Shown here: in pieces, positions 27,724 to 36,346 of the stretch | How positions within the stretch are numbered: position 1 is the first letter of the stretch | How the letters are laid out: every line of letters starts with the position of its first letter | NCBI GenBank assembly: GCA_902627635.1 | Contig: CACOKA010000001.1 | Coordinates: 34,778 to 98,777 of the forward strand | DNA length: 64,000 nucleotides | Direction: 5' to 3' | From: an uncultured Candidatus Actinomarina sp. | GTDB lineage: Bacteria; Actinomycetota; Acidimicrobiia; Actinomarinales; Actinomarinaceae | Program-made: the position numbers and the translations under genes | The notes under the pieces: generated by a model | Seen by the model: the letters and a program-made list of their open reading frames with translations, nothing else | Databases searched by the model: none | Told to the model about the DNA's origin: nothing

Positions 27724-29205
27724 ATTAACATTAATTATTTCGCTATATCAAGTGAATTAATAGTAATCCTAACGATTGTGGCTGCTATAACTTTAGATAT
27801 ACTATTACCAAGAAAATTTAAATTCATCATTGCAATGGTATCAATTCTTGGATCGCTATTTGCATTCCTTCCAATTATTTTTCAATTTGCCAACTATACA
27901 ACTCCAGAAATTATGTTTGAGGGAAGTTATGTAATTGATAAATTTTCCTTGATTCTTAAAGGCCTATTTATCTTGGTTACGTATCTGACATTTTTATTAT
28001 CCGTAAATTTTGTCGAAAGTGATGAATATTACCAGGGAGAATATTATTTTCTTCTGTTAAGTTCTCTCCTTGGAGCAATAGTAGTAACCTCTTCAAGAGA
28101 TTTATTAACAATGTTTATTGGAATTGAATTAGCTTCAACGCCAATGTTTCTTTTATCTGGATGGAAAAAAGGCGATCAAAAATCAAATGAAGGTTCAATT
28201 AAATTCTTTTTACTGGGAGTACTATCAGCATCTTTAATTCTTTATGGCTTTTCACTACTTTATGGAGTTACTGGAAAGTTAGTTTTTTCAGATATAGCTA
28301 ATATTTTAATTCAGCAGGATCTTGCCCAATCACCTGTTGCTTTATTAAGCGCAATACTTATTTTGGCGGGTATAGGCTTCAAGATATCGATAGTTCCATT
28401 CCACTCTTGGGCACCTGATACTTATGAAGGAGCACCTTTACCAGTAACGGCTTATCTATCTGTTAGCTCTAAAGCGACTGGGTTTGTTGCATTAATTATT
28501 TTGATGTCAAAAATATTTTTTGAATCTGGAGATGGATTAGGGATAATACTTGTATTCATTTCTGGAATAACAATGTTTGTTGGTAATTTATCAGCTTTAC
28601 AACAAACAAATCCAGTAAGACTTTTAGCATATTCATCGATTGCACAGGCAGGGTTTATTCTTGCGCCGTTAGCAGTTGCAAACATAACAAATAATTTTGA
28701 AGATGGTGTTTATGCAAGCGTTACGTATCTAATTATTTATGCATTTATGAATATAGGTGCATTTTTAGTGATTAATTTGTTACAAAGAAATATTGACTCA
28801 GAAAACATGTATGACTGGGGAGGTCTTGCAAAAGAAACACCATTAGCAGGAATTTTTGCAGTAATATTTTTCTTCTCTCTTGCAGGGATTCCACCTCTGG
28901 GAGGATGGTTTGCAAAATTTGTAGTTTTCAGAAGTTTACTAAGCACAGGTGAAATTTTTGGATTATCTCTAGCTGTAGTTGGTGCTATAAATGCTGTGAT
29001 AGGTTTGGTATATTATTCAAGAATTTCAAAAATTATATGGATGGATAGTCCAAAAGAAGATGTTCAAAAGACCGAAAATTCAATCATCCCAAGCCCACTA
29101 AAAGTTGTTGGTTTTGTAAGTTTAATTTTGACAATTGTCTCTGGAATTTTTCCAGGCATATTCAGCAATCTAGGTGAAGCTTCATCAATATTTTTTAATA
29201 GCTAA
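27724..29205 (+). CDS. nuoN: Complex I subunit N, operon 2 (probable ATT start; first canonical start at 27778)
   Basis: FKISIVPFHSWAPDTYEGAP; frame is open upstream of 27778, encoding NYFAISSELIV; GGAGG lies 6 nt before ATT at 27724. Confidence 0.93.
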   Translation: MNINYFAISSELIVILTIVAAITLDILLPRKFKFIIAMVSILGSLFAFLPIIFQFANYTTPEIMFEGSYVIDKFSLILKGLFILVTYLTFLLSVNFVESDEYYQGEYYFLLLSSLLGAIVVTSSRDLLTMFIGIELASTPMFLLSGWKKGDQKSNEGSIKFFLLGVLSASLILYGFSLLYGVTGKLVFSDIANILIQQDLAQSPVALLSAILILAGIGFKISIVPFHSWAPDTYEGAPLPVTAYLSVSSKATGFVALIILMSKIFFESGDGLGIILVFISGITMFVGNLSALQQTNPVRLLAYSSIAQAGFILAPLAVANITNNFEDGVYASVTYLIIYAFMNIGAFLVINLLQRNIDSENMYDWGGLAKETPLAGIFAVIFFFSLAGIPPLGGWFAKFVVFRSLLSTGEIFGLSLAVVGAINAVIGLVYYSRISKIIWMDSPKEDVQKTENSIIPSPLKVVGFVSLILTIVSGIFPGIFSNLGEASSIFFNS

Positions 29206-29209
29206 TTAA

Positions 29210-30244
29210 GTGGTAGAAAAAAAATTTATTGATTACCTCAAAAATAAATACAGTCAAAACTATTTATACTTTGATGAATTCATGCAGGAATGTCTTTACT
29301 CTGATTATGGATTTTTTGCAAAGGGTGAAGTCCGCTCTAGTACATCTGGTGATTTTTTAACTTCACCAGAAGTATCTAATTATTTTGGATTATTTATTTC
29401 AAACTGGATAAAAGAAAATAGAATCAATAGCAATTCAAATATACTTGAAGTTGGAGCAGGAACAGGTTCACTTGCGAATCAGGTGTCAAAGTATCTTGAA
29501 AAAGAAATCTATGTATCAGAAATTTCATTAAATGCCCTTAAAGCACTTAAGAATAAAAATTTTTTGGTTGATAGCAATTTAGACAACTTTGGTTCATCAC
29601 AGGTAAAAACTATTTATATGAATGAAGTGTTAGATAATATACCTTGTTCTGTCGGTATAGAAGTAGACAATACTTGGTATGAAAAAACAATTGAATTTAC
29701 AAATGATAATGAACTTAGATATGGAAAAGTAAAAATGCGTGAATCAAATCTTAAATGGATTAAAAAGTATAATTTTTTAGACAACCAAGATAATGAGCTT
29801 GAAATTCAATACAACACGGAACAATTTTTAGATGGACTCATCAAAAAAGTTGACCCAAATCATCTACTAATTTTTGATTATGGATTCGAATACGAAAAGA
29901 GAAATCTAAAACCATATAAATCATTAATTAGAACTTATAAAGAACATCATCTTTCAAGTGATCCAATAGAAATGCCTACGGAGACCGATATCACGTACGA
30001 TGTAAATTTTTCCTTTTTAAAACAATATTTTGAAGAAAATAATTTTGAATACAAAATTATGAAACAATATGAATTTCTTGATAAGTATGGTTACCAGGAA
30101 ATTTATTCAAGTTTAAAAAACCAATTTGTAGAAACTTATGGCGTAGACCAACTTAAATTAAAATCAGATATTGTTGGGCTAGAAGCAATACATAATGATC
30201 GTGGTCTAGGAGGTTTTTACTGTATTGAGGCCAAAAAACTATAA
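29210..30244 (+). CDS. MidA/NDUFAF7-family SAM-dependent methyltransferase
   Basis: FDEFMQECLY..YGFF, GDFLTSPEVS..FG, LEVGAGTGSLA, NEVLDNIP, DYG, DITYDVNF. Confidence 0.88.
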   Translation: MVEKKFIDYLKNKYSQNYLYFDEFMQECLYSDYGFFAKGEVRSSTSGDFLTSPEVSNYFGLFISNWIKENRINSNSNILEVGAGTGSLANQVSKYLEKEIYVSEISLNALKALKNKNFLVDSNLDNFGSSQVKTIYMNEVLDNIPCSVGIEVDNTWYEKTIEFTNDNELRYGKVKMRESNLKWIKKYNFLDNQDNELEIQYNTEQFLDGLIKKVDPNHLLIFDYGFEYEKRNLKPYKSLIRTYKEHHLSSDPIEMPTETDITYDVNFSFLKQYFEENNFEYKIMKQYEFLDKYGYQEIYSSLKNQFVETYGVDQLKLKSDIVGLEAIHNDRGLGGFYCIEAKKL

Positions 30245-30268
30245 GCCAGATAAATTATAATTAAAAAT

Positions 30269-31108
30269 ATGAATGTTTTAAAAACTACTACTTTATTAAC
30301 GCTTATGACTGTTTTAGTAATATTTACTGCTCAAGCACTGGGTTTTGATCTTATTTTTTCTTTGTTCTTTGCTTTTCTCTTTAATTTCATAATGTATTTT
30401 TATTCATCTCGAATAGCACTTGCTTCAACCAGAGCAAGAAAAATTGAAGATGGAGAATATGATGAGGTTAGAGAAATAATTACTTTTCTTGCACAAAAAG
30501 AAAAAATGCCAATGCCTGAACTTTATGTAATCGAAAGTGACCAACCAAATGCGTTCGCTACAGGAAGAAATCCAAAAAATTCTGCTGTTGCTGTTACAAC
30601 AGGGATTATGAAAGTTCTAAATAGAGATGAGCTTGAGGGTGTTCTAGCTCATGAATTATCACATATCAAAAATAGAGATATCTTAGTATCAAGTATCGCA
30701 GCGATGCTTGCAGCTGCAATTTCATTTATGTCAAGAATGGCTTTTTGGGGCGGGGGACAGAGAGATAGAGGAACACATCCATTTATTATCTTGATAGCAT
30801 TTATCGCAGCGCCTATTGCATCTTTAATAATTAGATTGGCAATATCAAGAACTAGAGAATATGGAGCAGACAAAACAGGTTCTTCCATATCTGGAAATCC
30901 ACTAGCATTAGCCTCAGCTCTTGAAAAGATTGAGATGTATTCAAAAAACCCATTGAATGTTAATCCGGCCGTTAGTCAGTTGTTTATATCTGATCCTTTA
31001 AAATCATTTACTGGTTCTGGATTGAGAAAATTGTTTTCTACCCACCCACCAACTAAAGAAAGAGTAAGAAGGCTCAGAGAGGAAGCTAGTGGAATTAGAT
31101 ATAGATAA
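30269..31108 (+). CDS. htpX: Zinc metalloprotease HtpX
   Basis: PNAFATGRNP, HELSH, SRTREYGAD, FSTHPP. Confidence 0.95.
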   Translation: MNVLKTTTLLTLMTVLVIFTAQALGFDLIFSLFFAFLFNFIMYFYSSRIALASTRARKIEDGEYDEVREIITFLAQKEKMPMPELYVIESDQPNAFATGRNPKNSAVAVTTGIMKVLNRDELEGVLAHELSHIKNRDILVSSIAAMLAAAISFMSRMAFWGGGQRDRGTHPFIILIAFIAAPIASLIIRLAISRTREYGADKTGSSISGNPLALASALEKIEMYSKNPLNVNPAVSQLFISDPLKSFTGSGLRKLFSTHPPTKERVRRLREEASGIRYR

Positions 31109-31448
31109 TACTGGGGACTCAACAGGTGTTTTTCCAAATGAACTAGATACTAAATTATCATCGGGCTGGAGTTTGATAGATGTTAGGGAAGATGATGAAT
31201 GGACATATGGACATCATCAGCAAGCAAAACATATAAAGATGAGTGAAGTACCAGAAAGCTTAGAATTATTTGATCAGGAATCTTCTTATATTATTGTATG
31301 TAGATCAGGTCACAGATCAGGCAAGGTTTCAGAGTATTTAAATTCGCTTGGTTATCAATCTTATAATCTTATTGGTGGAATGAAAAAGCTCTCCAATGAA
31401 TCTAATAAAATCGTCGGTTCTGATGGAAATCCAGGTATTATCATTTAA
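31089..31448 (+). CDS. Rhodanese-like domain protein
   Basis: LIDVRE..EW..GH, CRSGHRS, NLIGGM. Confidence 0.9.
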   Translation: MELDIDNTGDSTGVFPNELDTKLSSGWSLIDVREDDEWTYGHHQQAKHIKMSEVPESLELFDQESSYIIVCRSGHRSGKVSEYLNSLGYQSYNLIGGMKKLSNESNKIVGSDGNPGIII

Positions 31449-31457
31449 AATCAATTT

Positions 31458-32417
31458 GTGATTATTTGTATTGGAAATGCACTTGTTGATTCACTTCAAC
31501 AAATCGAAGAAGATGTTATTAATAAACTAAACCTTAACAAAGCAAGAATGACTCTTGTTGATAAAGAGAGATCAAACTTTTTACTTAACAATATGCAAAA
31601 CCCGACTTATGCTGCAGGAGGCTCTGCAGCAAATACGGCTTATTGGATAGCGGCCTTAGGAGGTTCCGTAGGATTTATTGGTAAAATCTCAGATGATGAT
31701 CTTGGAAAACAGTTCAGGTCAAGTTTATCTGAGCATGGGCTCAGTGACTTTACAGTTCTTGAAGAAGAAAATGAACAAACTGGATTGTGTGCAATTTTTA
31801 TAACACCAGATGGTGAACGAACAATGAATACATATTTAGGAGCTGGTGCCCAGTTATCAATGGGAGATCTTAATGAGGAGTCTATAAAAAATTGCAACAT
31901 TTTATATATGGAAGGTTATTTGTGGGACAGGTTACCAAGCAAAGAAGCATTTATGTATGCATCATCGATAAATAAACAATCTGGTGGAAAAAATGCTTTG
32001 TCTTTATCAGATGTTTTTTGTGTTGAAGCACATAGAGAAAGTTTTGTTGATCTAATAAAAGAAAATATAGACTATGTATTTTGTAACGAAGATGAAATAA
32101 AAGCCCTTACAGAACAGCAATCCATTGAAAAGTCATTAGATTTTATAAATAAAAATTTTCCTAAACTTGATCAACTTATATGCACATTAGGAGCTAAAGG
32201 GGCCATAGTTATGAAAGAAAATATACAGTATTTCTTTGAAGCTACAGAAGCAAAGGTTGTTGATAAAACAGGTGCAGGGGATTATTTTGCTGCAGGATAT
32301 TTATTTGGAATAGAAGAAAAATTATCTCTGCAGGAGACTGCATTAATTGCAAATAAAAGTGCTGCCCATGTAATTAGTGAAATTGGAGTAAGGCCAGAAA
32401 AGCCATTTAATCTTTAA
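31458..32417 (+). CDS. PfkB-family carbohydrate/adenosine kinase
   Basis: IGNALVD, GGSAANT, ERTMNTYLGA, VDKTGAGDYFAAG. Confidence 0.92.
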   Translation: MIICIGNALVDSLQQIEEDVINKLNLNKARMTLVDKERSNFLLNNMQNPTYAAGGSAANTAYWIAALGGSVGFIGKISDDDLGKQFRSSLSEHGLSDFTVLEEENEQTGLCAIFITPDGERTMNTYLGAGAQLSMGDLNEESIKNCNILYMEGYLWDRLPSKEAFMYASSINKQSGGKNALSLSDVFCVEAHRESFVDLIKENIDYVFCNEDEIKALTEQQSIEKSLDFINKNFPKLDQLICTLGAKGAIVMKENIQYFFEATEAKVVDKTGAGDYFAAGYLFGIEEKLSLQETALIANKSAAHVISEIGVRPEKPFNL

Positions 32418-33358
32418 ATTTTTTTTATATCTTCTCGAAGCCTATTGAGATAAAGACCAGCAAAAATAAAAAGTGTTCCCATCACAAGATAGAGTAGAGC
32501 ACCAAGTTCTGGAAATATTTCATAAATTAAAAACGAAAGATTAACTAATAAATCAATTGATCCTACAAAAAGAATTGTTTGACTTGTTAATCGGACGCTT
32601 AACCATATCAAAACAGTTGAGAGTAAAATATTGAGGATTTTTCCGATTAATTCATCACTGCCAAGGTATGAATCAATAATTCCCATACCAGTTACTAATG
32701 AGATACTTGAAAGAAAATATCCTAACCATTTTGGTTCAAATACTTTATATGTATACCTTAAAAAATATGAACCAATTAATAACTGAGAAGCACCATAAAG
32801 CAAATCATTAAAAGTTTCGAAGGATAAAAATTCTAAAAGGTTAAATAAAAGTACTTGTGAACTTACAAAGAGTGTAAATTGTTGATATAAATATCTTGTC
32901 TTATTGAATAAATATATAGACAAAATAAAAATTAAAAAAGATGTTATCGTATTTGAAATTTCTTCTGCAATATTTAAAAACTCAAATATAAATAACAATG
33001 TAAAACCAGAAGCTCCTGTAGCTAATAAAAATAAAAAGTTTCTTAAAGTTTCACTTGAATCAAATAAAAATGTGTTTCCTTGATATTTTTTTTCAATATA
33101 AAAAGCTGAATAAAAAAGTACAAACGTAAATAAAACTAATAATATTAATTGAGCCCAATTTGGAATTTGCTCAATAAGTGGAGTTATCCCACTAAATACT
33201 AAAAGTCCTCCAATTAAAATTATTGTTTTTGAGAGGGTTCCTTTTTCTGTTTTTTGTGGTTCACTACTTTCAAAACTTTCAATTGAAGAAAAAACATCTT
33301 GAGTTATTAAATCATTATCAAGCCATGTCTTTAGTTTTTTTTGAATTTTTTTATCCAC
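32414..33358 (-). CDS. Hypothetical multi-pass membrane protein (DUF2157-like)
   Basis: N-terminal LKTWLDNDLITQD..IESFE pattern followed by many TM segments. Confidence 0.65.
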   Translation of the reverse strand: MDKKIQKKLKTWLDNDLITQDVFSSIESFESSEPQKTEKGTLSKTIILIGGLLVFSGITPLIEQIPNWAQLILLVLFTFVLFYSAFYIEKKYQGNTFLFDSSETLRNFLFLLATGASGFTLLFIFEFLNIAEEISNTITSFLIFILSIYLFNKTRYLYQQFTLFVSSQVLLFNLLEFLSFETFNDLLYGASQLLIGSYFLRYTYKVFEPKWLGYFLSSISLVTGMGIIDSYLGSDELIGKILNILLSTVLIWLSVRLTSQTILFVGSIDLLVNLSFLIYEIFPELGALLYLVMGTLFIFAGLYLNRLREDIKKI

Positions 33359-33435
33359 AAACTAATCCTAATCAAATTAAATTACCTCTTACGAAAATTC
33401 ATATTTAATCTAAACTTTAAAAATGACTAATTTTT

Positions 33436-33517
33436 GCCGGGATGCCCGAGCGGCCAAAGGGAGCAGACTGTAAATCTGCCGGCTATGCCTACGTAGGTTC
33501 GAATCCTTCTCCCGGCA
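33436..33517 (+). tRNA. tRNA-Tyr(GTA)
   Basis: Cloverleaf; gcaga-ctGTAaa-tctgc anticodon arm; long variable arm; GGTTCGAATCC. Confidence 0.95.
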
Positions 33518-33520
33518 CAC

Positions 33521-33593
33521 GCCCTCTTAGCTCAGTTGGTAGAGCACTTCCATGGTAAGGAAGAGGTCTCCGGTTCAATCCCGGAAGAGGGCT
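33521..33593 (+). tRNA. tRNA-Thr(GGT)
   Basis: cttcc-atGGTaa-ggaag anticodon arm; gccctct/agagggc acceptor stem. Confidence 0.95.
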
Positions 33594-33620
33594 CACAAGT
33601 CTATAATTAGTTTTAGATTT

Positions 33621-33694
33621 GGCGGCGTAGCTCAGTTGGTAAGAGCGCACGACTCATAATCGTGAGGTCGGCAGTTCAAGTCTGCCCGCCGCTA
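33621..33694 (+). tRNA. tRNA-Met(CAT), elongator type
   Basis: cacga-ctCATaa-tcgtg anticodon arm; ggcggcg/cgccgct acceptor stem. Confidence 0.93.
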
Positions 33695-33716
33695 CAACAA
33701 AATAAAGGAGAAAATA

Positions 33717-33878
33717 ATGGCTTCAGATAAGAGACCACCAATTACATTGGTATGTACTGAAACTGGAGATCACAATTATGTGACTACTAAAAATAAAACA
33801 AATACGCCAGATAGACTGGAGTTAATGAAATATAGTCCAAGATTGAGAAAACATACTTTGCATAGAGAAAAAAGATAG
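33717..33878 (+). CDS. rpmG: 50S ribosomal protein L33 (zinc-free type), missing from the ORF track
   Basis: Hand-translated [61 protein letters not shown]. Confidence 0.96.
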   Translation: MASDKRPPITLVCTETGDHNYVTTKNKTNTPDRLELMKYSPRLRKHTLHREKR

Positions 33879-33908
33879 AAAAACTAGAAATTTACTTTAT
33901 TCTTAATA

Positions 33909-34496
33909 TTGATGGAAAATATCGCAAAACTAAATAACTTTGGTGAAGACGTCTCAAATTCTGAACTTGTGAAAAAATCACAACTTGGAGACAAAAGTGC
34001 TTTTGAAGAACTCGTAAAACGTCATCAAGAATTAGTTTTTTCACTTTCCTTCAAATTAACTGGAAATCGAGAACTAGCTAATGATGTAGCCCAAGAAGCA
34101 TTTATTAGAGCATGGAAAGCAATAGAAAAATTTAGAGGTGACTCAACTTTCGGAACATGGATTTACAGGATTACAGTAAATACAGCTTGGACTTTAAGAA
34201 AAAAAGCAAAGAAACACTACTCACTTAATATTGAAGATACCCAAGAACCAGTCGTTGTTGATGAGAAAAAAGATCCTGAACTTGTTGCTATTAACTCTGA
34301 TTTGTCCATAGTCTTAAGGAAGGCTTTAAACAAAATCCCATTGGAACAAAGAATTATTGTTGAACTAAAAAATATCGAAGGCCGATCACATAAAGAAATT
34401 GCAGATTATTTAGATATTAGTGTCACGGCTGCAAAAGTAAGACTGCACAGAGCTCATCAAAAATTAAGAAATATACTTGAGGAAATTGAAGTATGA
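33909..34496 (+). CDS. ECF sigma-70 factor
   Basis: GDKSAFEELV, DVAQEAFIRAW, FGTWIYRITVN, region 4 HTH EIADYLDIS..AAKVRLHRA. Confidence 0.93.
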   Translation: MMENIAKLNNFGEDVSNSELVKKSQLGDKSAFEELVKRHQELVFSLSFKLTGNRELANDVAQEAFIRAWKAIEKFRGDSTFGTWIYRITVNTAWTLRKKAKKHYSLNIEDTQEPVVVDEKKDPELVAINSDLSIVLRKALNKIPLEQRIIVELKNIEGRSHKEIADYLDISVTAAKVRLHRAHQKLRNILEEIEV

Positions 34497-34873
34497 AAAA
34501 TCTATTTGAAAACCTAAGAGATAATTTAATTTGTAGAAGAAAAAGAAGTCATATGATGAGAACTTACTTGAGTGGCAAATATTTCATGTTCGACTCGGAT
34601 AATCATATTTCTTTTTGTCCTAAATGTCAGATTGCTGGAAAAAGATATAAAGCGTTTAGGGAGGAACTAGAATCTGAGATAAATAAAGAAGTTGAAGTAC
34701 CAAATGATTTTGCATCAAAAGTAATTGATTCTTTAGATAAAAAAGTAAAAACAACTACTAATAAGGGAACAAAAATAATACTATTGTCTTTGATTGGTTT
34801 AATATCATTATTAATTTTAGTTTTTGGAATAAAGCGCTCTTCTAACGAGACTGATGATATTGAAAAAGATTAG
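34493..34873 (+). CDS. Probable membrane-anchored ZAS-type anti-sigma factor
   Basis: HISFCPKC (HxxxCxxC), C-terminal TM, ATGA coupling to the sigma gene. Confidence 0.75.
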   Translation: MKNLFENLRDNLICRRKRSHMMRTYLSGKYFMFDSDNHISFCPKCQIAGKRYKAFREELESEINKEVEVPNDFASKVIDSLDKKVKTTTNKGTKIILLSLIGLISLLILVFGIKRSSNETDDIEKD

Positions 34874-34945
34874 GGGTGTAGCTCTAACTGGCAGAGCGCC
34901 GGTCTCCAAAACCGGAGGTTGTGAGTTCGAATCTCACCGCCCCTG
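34872..34945 (+). tRNA. tRNA-Trp(CCA)
   Basis: ccggt-ctCCAaa-accgg anticodon arm; located before secE. Confidence 0.95.
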
Positions 34946-34958
34946 CTAAGAGGTAATT

Positions 34959-35258
34959 ATGAATGAAATGAATAGAGAAATGAGAAGAATGTCTGAGCGT
35001 GAAGAACGCTTGGCAAAAAAAGCTGATAGAAATATTGGAAAATACAACAATGAAAAAGTTACTCGATTTAAAAGAATATCTAATTATATGGGTGAGGTGA
35101 GAACTGAATTAAAGAGAGTAAATTGGCCCTCAACCCAAATCCTTTCAACATTTACCATTGTTACTATTGTCACAATAATTACAATGACCTTACTTATTTT
35201 TGGAATGGATTTTGGTTTTAAAAATACTCTAATTAGCATGTTATCTCTTGGAGGATAA
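34959..35258 (+). CDS. secE: Preprotein translocase SecE
   Basis: EVRTELKRVNWPS plus TM; position before nusG. Confidence 0.93.
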   Translation: MNEMNREMRRMSEREERLAKKADRNIGKYNNEKVTRFKRISNYMGEVRTELKRVNWPSTQILSTFTIVTIVTIITMTLLIFGMDFGFKNTLISMLSLGG

Positions 35259-35261
35259 ATT

Positions 35262-35873
35262 ATGAGCGAAGACACAGTTGTAGAAGAAGTAGAAGAAGTA
35301 GAAGATCAAGAATCTTCAGTACATCCTTATGATCTTCCAGGAGAATGGTTTGTATTAAACGCCCAGTCTGGTCACGAAAAAAAAGTACAAACAAACATAC
35401 TTACAAGAATTAAGAATTTACATCTCGAAGAAAAAGTTTACGAAGTTGTTATTCCTACTGATGAAGTGGTAGAAATTAGAAACGGTAAAAAAGTCAATAT
35501 TGAGAAAAAAACTTTTCCAGGGTATGTTCTTGTCAGAATGGATTTAGACGACACAACATGGTACGAAATTAGGAACACTCCTTCAGTAATTGGCTTTGTA
35601 GGTTCTGGTAAAGTTCCAATTCCACTTTCAAAAAGAGAAGTTGAAAGAATTCTTGGAACCAATGAAGAAATTGAAGTTAAGAAGGAAAGTCCAAAATTCA
35701 AACCAGACTTTGAGGTTGGTGAAACTGTTCGAGTCACAACAGGGCCTTTTGCAGATTTCAATGGAATCATAGAGGAAATAAATTTAGACCAATCAAAAGT
35801 TACAGTATTAGTTAATATATTTGGAAGAGAAACACCTGTGGAGCTAGGCTTTACAGATATAGTTAAAAATTAA
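35262..35873 (+). CDS. nusG: Transcription factor NusG
   Basis: FPGYVLVRM, KOW motif GPFADFNG, IFGRETPVEL. Confidence 0.97.
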   Translation: MSEDTVVEEVEEVEDQESSVHPYDLPGEWFVLNAQSGHEKKVQTNILTRIKNLHLEEKVYEVVIPTDEVVEIRNGKKVNIEKKTFPGYVLVRMDLDDTTWYEIRNTPSVIGFVGSGKVPIPLSKREVERILGTNEEIEVKKESPKFKPDFEVGETVRVTTGPFADFNGIIEEINLDQSKVTVLVNIFGRETPVELGFTDIVKN

Positions 35874-35879
35874 TAAATT

Positions 35880-36305
35880 ATGGCAAAAGAAGTAAAAGCA
35901 AAATTAAAGTTACAGATTCCTGGTGGCGGAGCGACACCTGCTCCACCTGTAGGCTCAGCGTTGGGACAATATGGTGTAAACATAATGGACTTTGTTCAAG
36001 CTTTTAACAACGATACATCAAGCAGACAGGGTGAAACAGTTCCTGTTGAAATTGTTATCTATGAAGACAATTCATTTACATTTGAAACAAAAACTGCTCC
36101 TGCATCTTTTTTAATTAAAAAAGCAATTGGTTTAGAGTCTGGGTCTCCTGAACCACATAAAGAAAAAGTTGCATCCATTACTAAATCACAACTTGAAACA
36201 ATCGCGGAAACAAAAATGAAAGATTTAAATGCTAACGATTTAGAAGCAGCTGTAAAAATTATTGCAGGAACAGCCCGATCAATGGGAGTTACTGTAGAAA
36301 ACTAA
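35880..36305 (+). CDS. rplK: 50S ribosomal protein L11
   Basis: [13 protein letters not shown]. Confidence 0.98.
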   Translation: MAKEVKAKLKLQIPGGGATPAPPVGSALGQYGVNIMDFVQAFNNDTSSRQGETVPVEIVIYEDNSFTFETKTAPASFLIKKAIGLESGSPEPHKEKVASITKSQLETIAETKMKDLNANDLEAAVKIIAGTARSMGVTVEN

Positions 36306-36307
36306 TA

Positions 36308-36338
36308 TTTTGGGAGACAAAAGTCGCCTGTACCAAAA
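36308..36338 (+). promoter_or_regulatory. L1-binding autoregulatory leader upstream of rplA
   Basis: tttGGGAGac-aaaa-gtCgcctgtACCAaaa matches the GGGAG...ACCA stem/internal-loop pattern, adjacent to the rplA SD. Confidence 0.65.
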
Positions 36339-36346
36339 GGAGAATA

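Noticed and set aside
33436..34945. tRNA cluster as a possible integration site for the sigma/anti-sigma pair
   Set aside because: No integrase, no duplicated tRNA 3' end and no obvious compositional shift were seen.
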